64,000 nt of DNA from NCBI GenBank assembly GCA_050291445.1, contig JBNKJW010000075.1:581-64580 (forward strand). Direction: 5' to 3'. Source of the DNA: Bacteroidales bacterium. GTDB lineage: Bacteria > Bacteroidota > Bacteroidia > Bacteroidales > NBLH01. Shown here in pieces: positions 30,301 through 39,049 of the stretch. The notes beneath the pieces were generated by a model. The model had not been told where the DNA came from, made no database searches, and was given only the letters and a program-made list of their open reading frames with translations. The position numbers were made by a program, and so were the translations under genes. Positions within the stretch are counted from its first letter, which is position 1. Each line of letters begins with the position of its first letter.

Positions 30301-32310
30301 CAGGGGTTCTGCAAGCATTGCGAAGGTTTGGGTTTTCAATACATTCCTGATGCAGAAAAAGTGGTTACTGATGTTAAAAAATCACTGATTGATGGCGCAC
30401 TTAATGGAACAAAAACAGGGAAGTTTTATGGTGATTTAAATGGTCAGTATGTAGCTGCTTTACAAACAGTTGGCAAAGCAAAAGGCATTGATTTTTCAGT
30501 TGCGTGGAAAGAATTGAGCGAAAAAGCAAAAAAAATCGCTTTTGAAGGTTGTGGAGAGGAGCTTTTTGATGTAAAATGGTACTACAAACGAAAAAACAGG
30601 GAAGGCATCCACGAATTTCAAAGCAAATGGCCAGGGTTCTCAGGTCATATTTTAGAAGAATACCAGCGAAAACAAGCGGACAAAAGAGGTGAAGAATTAT
30701 TGCCTTTAATGAAAAAACAAGCATGCACTCATTGCAAAGGTAAAAGGCTGAATGACAAATCATTATCAATAGAAATTTCGACTAAAAATATCAGTGAACT
30801 TACTGCTTTAACCATCGATGAAAGCATCCTGTTTTTTAAACAAAATGGAAATGCCTTAAACCAGGCTGAAAAAACCATATTTGAACCCATTGCAATAGAA
30901 GTAATTCGTCGGCTGGAACTAATTCACCGGAATGGCCTCTCCTACCTTAGTCTCGACCGGCTTACCGGAACACTTTCAGGAGGCGAAGCACAACGATTGC
31001 GTTTAGCAGGTATGTTAGGTTCCGAGTTGAGTGGAATAACCTATATTCTTGATGAGCCAACAGCCGGTCTCCACCCTTCAGACACCAAGGGATTGATTGA
31101 GATTTTAAAACAAATCAGAAATTTAGGAAATACGGTTATCATTGCCGAACATGATGAAGAAATTATTAGGGCAGCTGATTATTTGGTGGATTTGGGGCCT
31201 GGAGCTGGTGAAAATGGAGGGGAAATTGTTGCAAAAGGAAATTACGCGCAATTACTTCAATCAATAGACTCACTAACAGCTAGTTATCTAAGCAAAAAAG
31301 AAGCTCAGGTTTACAGAAAACAAAAAGAGTTTAATAACAAAGCCTTTGAAATTAAGAGAGCTTCCGCTAACAACCTGAAAAATATAGATGCTGATTTTTA
31401 CGCTTCCTGCATCAATGTTATAACAGGTGTTTCAGGGAGTGGTAAATCAAGTTTACTTTTTGATGTGGTGCAGCAATCGCTAAAACAAAACAAGCCCATG
31501 AATTGCTCATCTTTCAATGTCTTGGAACAATTTGAAAACATTGTATTTGTTGATCAGGAAGAAGCAAGCACCTCAAGTCTTTCAAGTATTGCCACATTCA
31601 CAGGTATTTTTGATTACATCAGAGACGAATTTGCCAAAGAAGCGAAAAAAACAAACGCTAAAATCAACAAAAACTACTTTTCATACAACACCAAAGGCGG
31701 GCGCTGCGAAATCTGTAAAGGGCAAGGTTTTACCAAAACAGCCCTCGACTTTTTACCGGATGTATTTTCAGTTTGCACAGACTGCAATGGAAAAAGATAC
31801 ACAAGCGAAGCTTTAAAATACACCTTAAACGGAAAATCCATTGCTGATGTGCTGGAATTATCCGTTCAGGAAGCAGCAGACTTTTTCACCCACTATCCTA
31901 AAATAAAAAACAGACTAGAAGTACTGATAAAAACAAATTTGCCCTACCTGAAAATTAGTCAGCGACTGAATACTTTGTCGGGAGGTGAGTTACAGCGTTT
32001 AAAACTGGCTGTAGAGTTTATGAAGCCCTCAAAAGGCAAAAGCTTGTACCTGTTGGATGAACCTACCACCGGACTGCATTTTGAAGACATTAAACAGTTG
32101 ATTCTGTTGTTTGACAAACTCACACAAAGTGGTCATACACTGGTAATTACAGAGCACAATCCAACCTTAATTTCAAATGCTGATTACATTGTTGATTTAG
32201 GAGTTGGTGGTGGAGATAAAGGTGGGGAAATTGTTGTATCTGGGAATGTTAAGGCAATTAAGGAAAACAATATTTCTAAAACTGGCAGGTATTTGAAATT
32301 GGTGTTTTAG
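27364..32310 (+). CDS. uvrA: Double-length UvrA-family ABC ATPase (excinuclease ABC subunit A-like)
   Basis: Four Walker A motifs (GVSGSGKS x3, GVSGAGKS), four LSGGE signatures, four DEP Walker B motifs and eight CxxC pairs: two tandem UvrA-like modules. Confidence 0.92.
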   Translation: MEKIILKGITHHNLKNIDVEIPHDQFTVISGVSGSGKSTLAEDVIYKDAERRYLETYSIHARQLLNKLRRPEAEHISGLRPAILLQQKNYVNSPRSTVGTLTEIHDLLRLFFARLGQSTNNQLNIKRSLFSFNTPEGACPNCKGLGLSDKIDPDLLISDPEKSLREGVLVITTPTGYIIYSQVTMDVMAQVCESEGFSADTAWKDLTEYQKNVVWYGSQKIKIPFGKHTLESRMKWKGITAKPREEGYYKGIIPVMEEILKRDRNPNILRFVKTVKCEACSGTRFNENALSVKHNGKNIADLLSQSIKELKSYFQNLKFSQKEKETGEQIRKELIKKAEVLEELGVGYLTLDRSADTLSGGEAARIRLSGQINSKLRGVLYVFDEPAAGLHAADMEKLMNKITGLCELGNTVIAVDHNEQIIRKADYIVELGPAAGVNGGELIYQGIQPNWNDLAQKSKESKTVTYLSGQQQLEIVKHQGCRENINIFGAKSRNLKNLNISFPLNQLVVVTGVSGAGKSSLLKYTLANYLRKKLNGINIEHGKFEKIEGIENIDKIIEVDQAPIGKTPRSNPATYTKLFDLIRDFYAKLDEAKKTGLTKSNFSFNTKGGRCENCQGAGYLQTGMHFLGNVDIVCPECNGKRFQGKVLKVKYKEKNVFDILELSINQAHEFFIDSPKIEKPLKVLVDLGLGYLKLGQRSSTLSGGEAQRVKLAAELSKTSTGKTLYILDEPSRGLHLHDINVLLKSFYKLLDNGNSVMLIEHNLRLVQAADYVIDLGPESGEEGGEIVFEGKPKELIECKESRTGQALKKLLGSQKDSFVLCPMNDEKEEANNNVIARSYNETISNITMKGVSSNNLKNINLELPVNQLIVFTGVSGSGKSSLLFDTLYAEGQKRFNENFSPYIRTMLGQQKKADFEQISGLSPVIAIKQKRLKPNARSTVGTLTEIYDYYRLLYSRIGQLRYPQMADSLTASHFSFNQSQGFCKHCEGLGFQYIPDAEKVVTDVKKSLIDGALNGTKTGKFYGDLNGQYVAALQTVGKAKGIDFSVAWKELSEKAKKIAFEGCGEELFDVKWYYKRKNREGIHEFQSKWPGFSGHILEEYQRKQADKRGEELLPLMKKQACTHCKGKRLNDKSLSIEISTKNISELTALTIDESILFFKQNGNALNQAEKTIFEPIAIEVIRRLELIHRNGLSYLSLDRLTGTLSGGEAQRLRLAGMLGSELSGITYILDEPTAGLHPSDTKGLIEILKQIRNLGNTVIIAEHDEEIIRAADYLVDLGPGAGENGGEIVAKGNYAQLLQSIDSLTASYLSKKEAQVYRKQKEFNNKAFEIKRASANNLKNIDADFYASCINVITGVSGSGKSSLLFDVVQQSLKQNKPMNCSSFNVLEQFENIVFVDQEEASTSSLSSIATFTGIFDYIRDEFAKEAKKTNAKINKNYFSYNTKGGRCEICKGQGFTKTALDFLPDVFSVCTDCNGKRYTSEALKYTLNGKSIADVLELSVQEAADFFTHYPKIKNRLEVLIKTNLPYLKISQRLNTLSGGELQRLKLAVEFMKPSKGKSLYLLDEPTTGLHFEDIKQLILLFDKLTQSGHTLVITEHNPTLISNADYIVDLGVGGGDKGGEIVVSGNVKAIKENNISKTGRYLKLVF
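29808..29894. repeat. REP-like sequence embedded in frame in the uvrA inter-module linker
   Basis: AACGTCATTGCGA at 29860-29872 is identical to 19283-19295; GATTCCTTCGTC...AATGACGAA (33 nt from 29809) aligns without gaps to the 33 nt from 19347. Confidence 0.7.
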
Positions 32311-32333
32311 AAATTAGAACTTTGAGAAACCCA

Positions 32334-32519
32334 AGGTGTAATTTCTCCAACTGCAGCTATGGCATCAAAGGATTGAATCATGCCCACCGTCCGACCCAGA
32401 TACGCCCAGGCAATGGTAAACCAGGCTATCGATACCATAAGGAAAATCAGTTTTTTGTTTTCGTTTCTTTTATTCAGCGCCATAAAAAATAGTACAATAA
32501 TAAGTATCAACAAAAAAGT
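32334..32519 (-). pseudogene. Internal fragment of a small MotA/TolQ/ExbB-like membrane protein
   Basis: TFLLILIIVLFFMAL..AWFTIAWAYLGRTVGMIQSFDAIAAVGEITP; native start and the expected xxAGGLK continuation are missing. Confidence 0.6.
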
Positions 32520-32727
32520 AGTTACACGAGAAACCATATCAAACATTGAAGCAAAGCTTCCGCAAAACGAATTTATTCGCACCCATCGTTCCTACATTGT
32601 TTCAATCGATAAAATAGCCTCTTTCACCAACGAAACCATTGAAATGGAAAACAAAAAAGAAATACCCATCAGCCGAAGTTATAAAGACGAAGTGTTACAA
32701 AAATTAGAAAACAAAAACTCTTTTTAA
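32512..32727 (+). pseudogene. 3' fragment of a LytTR DNA-binding domain (response regulator remnant)
   Basis: KKVVTRETISNIEAKLPQNEFIRTHRSYIVSIDKI..EIPISRSYKDEV; no receiver domain or plausible start upstream. Confidence 0.8.
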
Positions 32728-32847
32728 AAATAGGATTATAGCTTTTTCTTTGTGATCTTTAGGGACTCAGTGATTTCGTGACCCTTTTTTCTTGCCACTA
32801 AGACAGCAAAGCAGAAAGAGATGCTAAAAAATGTAAAAACAAATATA

Positions 32848-33390
32848 ATGAGAGCAATAATTACTTTTTTCTTTATTCTAACATACTTTTCAAATGCTTT
32901 TAGCCAGGATGAATTTCCCGAATCATGGTTAGGAACTTACCGGGGAAACATGCACATTTTAAGGGCAAACTCAGACAAAACGGATACCGTTGATGTAACT
33001 TTTGAGTTTTTAGCGACCAAACACCCTCTAAAATGGACCTACAGAATGACCTACAAAAGCCCAAAGTATGGAGATATGGTAAAAGATTATGAACTGATAA
33101 AACCCGATAGCCTGGCAAAAGATAGCTATTTACTTGATGAAAAAGACGGTATTTTCATTGAAGTGGTAGTAATGGGCAATACCCTCTACAGCGCTTTTTC
33201 AGTTGCAGAAAGCCGACTGGTGAGCATTTTACGAAAAGAAGGCAACGAACTTTTTATGGAAATTTTCACCAGCAAAGACAAAAACCCACTAATTTCAAAA
33301 AACAAAGCAGAAAACCCCGACGAAGTATTTGAAGTAAAAAGTTTTGCGCCTTTTACAACGCAGTTTGTGAAGTTTAGAAAGGTGAAATAG
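32848..33390 (+). CDS. Hypothetical secreted protein
   Basis: Signal peptide MRAIITFFFILTYFSNAFSQ; FPESWLGTYRG, YLLDEKDGI. Confidence 0.75.
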   Translation: MRAIITFFFILTYFSNAFSQDEFPESWLGTYRGNMHILRANSDKTDTVDVTFEFLATKHPLKWTYRMTYKSPKYGDMVKDYELIKPDSLAKDSYLLDEKDGIFIEVVVMGNTLYSAFSVAESRLVSILRKEGNELFMEIFTSKDKNPLISKNKAENPDEVFEVKSFAPFTTQFVKFRKVK

Positions 33391-33458
33391 GTATTCAAGT
33401 GAAGTTCTTTTTATACATTTGTTATGCCTTATAAAAAAGCACTTTGTAAAATTAACTA

Positions 33459-33971
33459 ATGACGAATATTTTTTATATACTTTTTATTGGATCTTTCTTA
33501 ATTGTAATATTAAAGGCCCTTAAAGTTATTAAATCGCAGTTGTTTTATATTGTTCCTAGTTTATTTATGATTTTGTTAATTTATACAATTTCTTCAACTG
33601 AAAGTGAGAAGAACAGTAAGCGTAACGAAATAAGTACCTTTATTGAAAAGAATGGAAACAACTTAAAATTGAAATTAAATGGCGTTGATATTGAAGATCC
33701 AACAAAATTCATTTTAGGCATTAAATCAATTTTTAACATGGGAAAACATCATTCTCATATGATAAATGAGATTGAGACAATTATAGGAACAACTACTGAC
33801 AGTTTGAAAATTACTTTTTATATAGGACAAGATTCATACAATAAAGAGGAATTTTGGGTCAAGCTCGAGAAAAATGATTTTAGAACAATTGGCGGATTTA
33901 AGTCAGTCGAATTATCAAAGTATTTAAACAAAAATGAGGAAATATTTCAAGAAAGTCGAACTTCAAACTAA
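33459..33971 (+). CDS. Hypothetical membrane protein
   Basis: 170 aa, two N-terminal hydrophobic segments; no family recognised. Confidence 0.6.
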   Translation: MTNIFYILFIGSFLIVILKALKVIKSQLFYIVPSLFMILLIYTISSTESEKNSKRNEISTFIEKNGNNLKLKLNGVDIEDPTKFILGIKSIFNMGKHHSHMINEIETIIGTTTDSLKITFYIGQDSYNKEEFWVKLEKNDFRTIGGFKSVELSKYLNKNEEIFQESRTSN

Positions 33972-34246
33972 TTTTCAACTTTATGATTTTTGTAGAAAAA
34001 AATTGGTTGACTTAATAATTGTATTCATATAATGATTTGAAAAATAATTGCTTAAAGCCGTGATTTGAAAAATAAAAGGTATAACACATAGCTATATGTT
34101 TTCAAAATATTAGTTATATAATTTCATGTTTTAAAAGACAAAAATAATTAACATAGCAATAAATAAATTAATAAAATAAAACATTTTATTTTTTAATCAC
34201 CCCTTGCTCTAATATCATAAATTTAGAGCTTTAATAAACTAAATAG

Positions 34247-34687
34247 ATGAAATACATCCCTTCCAACGAATTAGTCAACATTCTTTTAATAAATGGGTTT
34301 ATAGAAACTTCATATAAAATATATCCTGAAAGGTGGGAATTCACTAAAAACAAAAAGAAATATGACGTTGATTATATGAAACGTTCATTAAAAAAAAGGA
34401 ATATTGTTATAAAGCTTATTCAAAGAGAAATTTATATTTTCTATAATGGAAGTCAAATCGATTGTATAAATGAACTTTCAGAAAAACAAATGGAATCGAT
34501 AATCTATTTTTCAAATTTACAAACAAAAGAAAGATTGTATTTTAACAAAAGAAAAATTAAACCTCAAAATATTTATCAATTTTTAATTAGCGAAAAAAAT
34601 GCTTTTAAGTTTTTAAATAAAAGACAAGGAGAAAAAATAGACCAACTCTTGACTAGTTTCAATAAATCAGAATACAAGATTGAATAA
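34247..34687 (+). CDS. Hypothetical protein in a very AT-rich segment
   Basis: 146 aa open frame rich in K/N/I; no motif. Confidence 0.45.
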   Translation: MKYIPSNELVNILLINGFIETSYKIYPERWEFTKNKKKYDVDYMKRSLKKRNIVIKLIQREIYIFYNGSQIDCINELSEKQMESIIYFSNLQTKERLYFNKRKIKPQNIYQFLISEKNAFKFLNKRQGEKIDQLLTSFNKSEYKIE

Positions 34688-34832
34688 ATTATTATATGCA
34701 ATACCACCTATATTGCATTAGAAATCAACGATATTGAAAATATCAACACTTTTCAAAAGACCAATAACTTCTAGTACTAAAAAATAACATAATTTGTTTC
34801 ATCTGCTCAATTCGCGGACAAACTACTAAACA

Positions 34833-35456
34833 ATGGAAAAAGAAAACTACTCCTCAAAACTATTCGATAATGCAGTTAATGAATTTGCAAAGCTCCCTGG
34901 CATTGGCAAGCACACAGCTACACGCCTGGTGCTTCATTTGCTAAAACTAGAACAGGAAAACCTGGAGTTTTTTGGCGAAACCATCATCAAACTGGCCAAA
35001 GAAATAAAGCACTGCAATAGTTGCCACAATATATCCGATACCGAAACCTGCTCTATTTGTGCCGATAAATCGCGCGATAATTCAACCATTTGTGTGGTAG
35101 AAAACATAAAAGACGTAATTGCCATTGAAAACACCCAGCAATTCAGGGGCAAGTACCATGTTTTAGGCGGCATTTTATCGCCTATGGATGGCATTGGTCC
35201 TGCCGATTTAAACATTCAAAGCCTTGAACTAAGAATAAAAAATGAAGGCACCCAAGAACTTATCCTGGCCCTTAGCCCAACCATGGAAGGCGATACCACC
35301 AACTTTTATTTATTCAAAAAATTCAGCCAGTTAGGAGTAAAATTAACCACACTTGCTCGCGGAGTTTCTTTTGGCGATGAGCTGGAATATGCCGATGAAA
35401 TTACCCTTGGCCGATCAATTATTAACAGGCAGCCGTTTGATGGGGGGACGATTTAG
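34833..35456 (+). CDS. recR: Recombination mediator RecR
   Basis: [12 protein letters not shown] HhH, C4 zinc finger CNSC..CSIC, Toprim [27 protein letters not shown]. Confidence 0.97.
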   Translation: MEKENYSSKLFDNAVNEFAKLPGIGKHTATRLVLHLLKLEQENLEFFGETIIKLAKEIKHCNSCHNISDTETCSICADKSRDNSTICVVENIKDVIAIENTQQFRGKYHVLGGILSPMDGIGPADLNIQSLELRIKNEGTQELILALSPTMEGDTTNFYLFKKFSQLGVKLTTLARGVSFGDELEYADEITLGRSIINRQPFDGGTI

Positions 35457-35525
35457 TCATTGAGTCATTAGAAATTGGTCATTAGTTGCTTCACCAATGA
35501 CTTAATGACCAATGTCAAATGATCA
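35455..35525. repeat. GTCATTA/TAATGAC short-repeat hairpin after recR
   Basis: Left arm TAGTCATTGAGTCATTAG..TGGTCATTAG; right arm CAATGACTTAATGACCAATG. Confidence 0.65.
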
Positions 35526-35695
35526 GTCACCTTTATATTAAATTCCAAATCCTCTATAAACTAATCAGTTTTAAGAATAGCAATGCGCTATTCACCACAA
35601 AATAAGACCATTTTACCGATTATTACTGAATTTTAGCGAAAATCGATAGCGCTTTTGGTGCTTTTGCATTATCTTTATCATAAAAAAATTTGAAT

Positions 35696-36073
35696 ATGGA
35701 AAAAATAGAAGATTTATTTAAAAAATTTGTTTATACAGGTGTTGGACTAGCTTCAATGGCTGGCGAAAAACTTAAAAAAGCTGTTGACGAACTGATAAAA
35801 GATGAAAAGATCTCGACCAAAGAAGGTGAAAAAATTGTCAAAGACTTTATTAAAAGTACAGAATCGAAATCAAAAGAATGGGAAGATGATTTAAAGAATG
35901 CTGTAAACAAAGTGGTTGACAAATTTAACTTTGCAAAAAAAGAAGACCTGAAAAAAATTGAAAAAAAGATTGCAGATCTTGAAGCAAAAGTAAAAAAAGG
36001 AACTACTAAAACAACAGCAAAACGAACGACAAAAACAACTGCAAAAAAAGGTAAAAAAGACAGCGGTAAGTAA
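35696..36073 (+). CDS. Phasin-family (PHA-granule-associated-like) protein with Lys/Thr-rich tail
   Basis: FKKFVYTGVGLAS..AVDELIKDEKIS..EGEKIV pattern; coiled coil; tail KKGTTKTTAKRTTKTTAKKGKK. Confidence 0.7.
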   Translation: MEKIEDLFKKFVYTGVGLASMAGEKLKKAVDELIKDEKISTKEGEKIVKDFIKSTESKSKEWEDDLKNAVNKVVDKFNFAKKEDLKKIEKKIADLEAKVKKGTTKTTAKRTTKTTAKKGKKDSGK

Positions 36074-36106
36074 AATTTTTCTTTGTTTGCAAAGCCAGGA
36101 TAAACT

Positions 36107-36138
36107 AAAACTGATGGGTTCACTCATCAGTTTTTTTT
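36107..36138 (+). terminator. Rho-independent terminator
   Basis: AAAACTGATG-ggttcact-CATCAGTTTT with a continuing T-run. Confidence 0.8.
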
Positions 36139-36360
36139 GATAAAAAAAACCTCATTACCACACTGACAAATCATCAAAGCGCTGTTTTACAAACAATTAA
36201 CCAACAGTACAAAGTTTCGCCCCATAAATTATCTTTTTTTCTTTATATTTGATATTTAGTTATATAAATAAACCCATCTTTATTTATAAAACTTAGCTTC
36301 AATAACTTTAAACCTGGCCTGTATTTCTATAAAGAGCAGGCAATTAACTACTAAACAATT

Positions 36361-38172
36361 ATGGAAATACGACGAACTTTTGATATTGTGGCACGGATGC
36401 ACGAAAAATTTAATCGTGATGATGCCCTTTTGGTCAAACGAAATGGTAAGTGGGACAAATTCAGTACCAACGAATACAAAGAACATGTTGACAATTTTAG
36501 CTACGGTTTGCTTGAACTTGGCTTTAAAAAAGGCGATAAAATAGCCACTGTGTCGAACAATCGCCCGGAGTGGAACATGGTTGACATGGGCCTTGGCCAG
36601 GTTGGAGGAGTGCATGTGCCAATATACCCCAACATAAGCGACGAGGAATACAAACATATTTTCAGTCACTCAGGGGCTAAATACCTCATTCTGTCGTCAA
36701 AAGAACTTTACGACAAAATACAACCAGTTGCAGCGCAGATTAAAAGCATTGAAAAGATTTACACTTTTGACCAACTTTCAGGAATACCAAACTGGATTGA
36801 AATTGCCAATCTGGGCAAAGAAAATAAAGAAAGGTACATAGAGGAGCTTGAAAAAATTAAAGAGAGCATTGACCCAAATGACTTGTTTTCAATCATCTAT
36901 ACATCAGGTACTACAGGGCTTTCAAAGGGTGTAATGATAAGTCATAATAACTTTATCAGTAACATTATTGCCTCATTGCCTGCCCTGCCGCTTAAATCGA
37001 GCGATAAGGTTTTGAGCTTTTTACCACTTTGCCATGTTTTTGAACGAATGGTAAATTATTTGTTCCAGTACAGTGGGCATCCTATTTATTATGCCGAAAG
37101 CATTGACACCATTGGAGAAAACATCAAAGAAGTTCAGCCACATGGCTTTGCAGCTGTTCCAAGAGTAATTGAAAAGCTTTATGATAAAATTATCATGAAG
37201 GGCAAAGAACTCAAAGGAATAAAACGCAGCCTTTTCTTTTGGGCCGTCAACCTGGGACTTATGTACGAACTAAACAATGCCAATGGATGGTGGTACAACA
37301 AAAAACTAAAACTAGCTAACAAGCTGATTTTCAGCAAATGGAGAGAAGCCCTTGGAGGCAATGTTAAATTAATTGTATCGGGTGGAGCCGCACTTCAACC
37401 ACGTTTAGCAAGAATTTTCTGCGCAGCAAACCTTCCAATTCAGGAAGGATATGGCTTAACAGAAACCTCTCCTGTAATTGCTGTTAATTTGCCTAAATAT
37501 CCCGACATAAAATTTGGAACAGTAGGTCCTGTTTTAAAAAATGTGGAGGTGAAAATTGCCGAAGATGGTGAAATATTAATGAAAGGACCAAGCCTTATGC
37601 TGGGTTATTATAAAGATCCGGAAAAGACAAAGGAAGTCATTGATGAAGAAGGCTGGTTTCATACTGGTGATATTGGTGTTTTGCACGAAAGAAATATCCT
37701 GCAAATTACCGACAGGAAAAAAGAGATGTTTAAGCTTTCAACTGGAAAGTACCTTGCCCCACAAGTGGTTGAAAATAAGTTTAAAGAGTCGCCATTTATT
37801 GAACAAATTATGGTGGTTGGCGAAGGTGAAAAATATGCCGGGGCAATTATTTGTCCTTCGTTTGAATATTTGCACGACTGGTGTTCTATCCATAGTATCA
37901 AATACAGGGACAATAAAGATTTGATACAAATACCACAAGTAGTTGAAAGAATTCAGCGCGAAGTAGATTTATATAATCAACATCTTGGTCGCCACGAACA
38001 ATTAAAAAAATTTGAGCTGACCTGCCAGGAATGGCTTCCTGAAACAGGAGAACTATCCCCTACCCTAAAAGTGAAAAGAAGGTTTTTAAAAAATAAATAC
38101 AAGGTTAAATTAGAAAAATTATACAGAGATACAGAAGATGAAGGCCATGTGGGACAACCTTCAAATGCATAG
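36361..38172 (+). CDS. fadD: Long-chain fatty acid-CoA ligase (AMP-dependent synthetase)
   Basis: IIYTSGTTGLSKG P-loop, LSFLPLCHVFER, EGYGLTETSP, GWFHTGDIG, ITDRKK; TATATTTG box at 36244-36251. Confidence 0.93.
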   Translation: MEIRRTFDIVARMHEKFNRDDALLVKRNGKWDKFSTNEYKEHVDNFSYGLLELGFKKGDKIATVSNNRPEWNMVDMGLGQVGGVHVPIYPNISDEEYKHIFSHSGAKYLILSSKELYDKIQPVAAQIKSIEKIYTFDQLSGIPNWIEIANLGKENKERYIEELEKIKESIDPNDLFSIIYTSGTTGLSKGVMISHNNFISNIIASLPALPLKSSDKVLSFLPLCHVFERMVNYLFQYSGHPIYYAESIDTIGENIKEVQPHGFAAVPRVIEKLYDKIIMKGKELKGIKRSLFFWAVNLGLMYELNNANGWWYNKKLKLANKLIFSKWREALGGNVKLIVSGGAALQPRLARIFCAANLPIQEGYGLTETSPVIAVNLPKYPDIKFGTVGPVLKNVEVKIAEDGEILMKGPSLMLGYYKDPEKTKEVIDEEGWFHTGDIGVLHERNILQITDRKKEMFKLSTGKYLAPQVVENKFKESPFIEQIMVVGEGEKYAGAIICPSFEYLHDWCSIHSIKYRDNKDLIQIPQVVERIQREVDLYNQHLGRHEQLKKFELTCQEWLPETGELSPTLKVKRRFLKNKYKVKLEKLYRDTEDEGHVGQPSNA

Positions 38173-38184
38173 TATATTAATATT

Positions 38185-38215
38185 AACTTACCAGGTTTTA
38201 AAAACCTGGTAAGTT
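38185..38215. repeat. 31-bp REP-like palindrome, copy 1
   Basis: AACTTACCAGGTTTT-A-AAAACCTGGTAAGTT, perfect 15-bp arms; 30/31 identical to 46164-46194. Confidence 0.85.
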
Positions 38216-38434
38216 TAAATTTGTTATGACAAAACAATTTTCTGATAACTTTATCAAATGAAAACGATGTTAAGAAGCATAAGAGCGTTTTAATGATTGC
38301 CAAATTACAGCTAAACCAGCCTTAAAATCCATTCTTTTTTACCAACAACCTACTTTTCTTTATCAACAATAGAAAATACAAGCCGGAATTTTGCTAATTT
38401 TGCAACTTGTTAAGCAATATTTATTTTTTGTACA

Positions 38435-39043
38435 ATGAGTATTACATTATTCATCATAATATTTACAGTTTTAGTTACAATCACTGCCTGGAGAAACCGG
38501 GAGGTTTTTGACAAGCTAAAACTAAATCCATACATGATTATCCACAGGAAGGAATATTTCAGGATAGTTGGTCACGCAGTTTTACATATTGACTGGACTC
38601 ATCTGATATTCAACATGGTAACACTTTACTTTTTTGGAGAATTTGTAGAGCAAGCGATGCAGGTAATTTTTGATTATGGGAAATTATTATTTATTTTAAT
38701 GTATATTTTGGCTGCAATAGTTTCTTCGTTGCCTTCCATTGCAAAACATAAAAACGATCATTGGTACAATTCGGTTGGAGCTTCAGGGGCAGTATCTGCT
38801 ATACTTTTTACAAGCATTTTATTAAACCCACAGAATAAGTTAATCGTATTCCCAATTCCTATTCCACTGCCAGGTTATCTGCTTGGGTTGGGATATTTGG
38901 TTTTTTCTCATTACATGAGTAAAAAAAAATCGGACAACATTAACCATGATGCTCACATAACCGGAGCAATTTTTGGTTTTCTGTTCCCATTGATTTTAAA
39001 GCCACAACTGTTTTACCTTTTCATTAACAATCTAACAGGATAA
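38435..39043 (+). CDS. Rhomboid-family intramembrane serine protease
   Basis: HIDWTHLIFNM, GASG catalytic Ser motif, HDAHITGA catalytic His; TAATTTTG box at 38395-38402. Confidence 0.93.
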   Translation: MSITLFIIIFTVLVTITAWRNREVFDKLKLNPYMIIHRKEYFRIVGHAVLHIDWTHLIFNMVTLYFFGEFVEQAMQVIFDYGKLLFILMYILAAIVSSLPSIAKHKNDHWYNSVGASGAVSAILFTSILLNPQNKLIVFPIPIPLPGYLLGLGYLVFSHYMSKKKSDNINHDAHITGAIFGFLFPLILKPQLFYLFINNLTG

Positions 39044-39049
39044 ATTAAA

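Noticed and set aside
32380-32727. Intact 115-aa gene as given by the ORF track
   Set aside because: The first ~44 codons are the antisense of the motA-like fragment; only the part from about 32512 is LytTR-like.
35731-36127. Minus-strand ORFs of 130 and 78 aa
   Set aside because: Antisense shadows of the Lys-rich phasin-like gene (Phe/Val-rich mirror composition).
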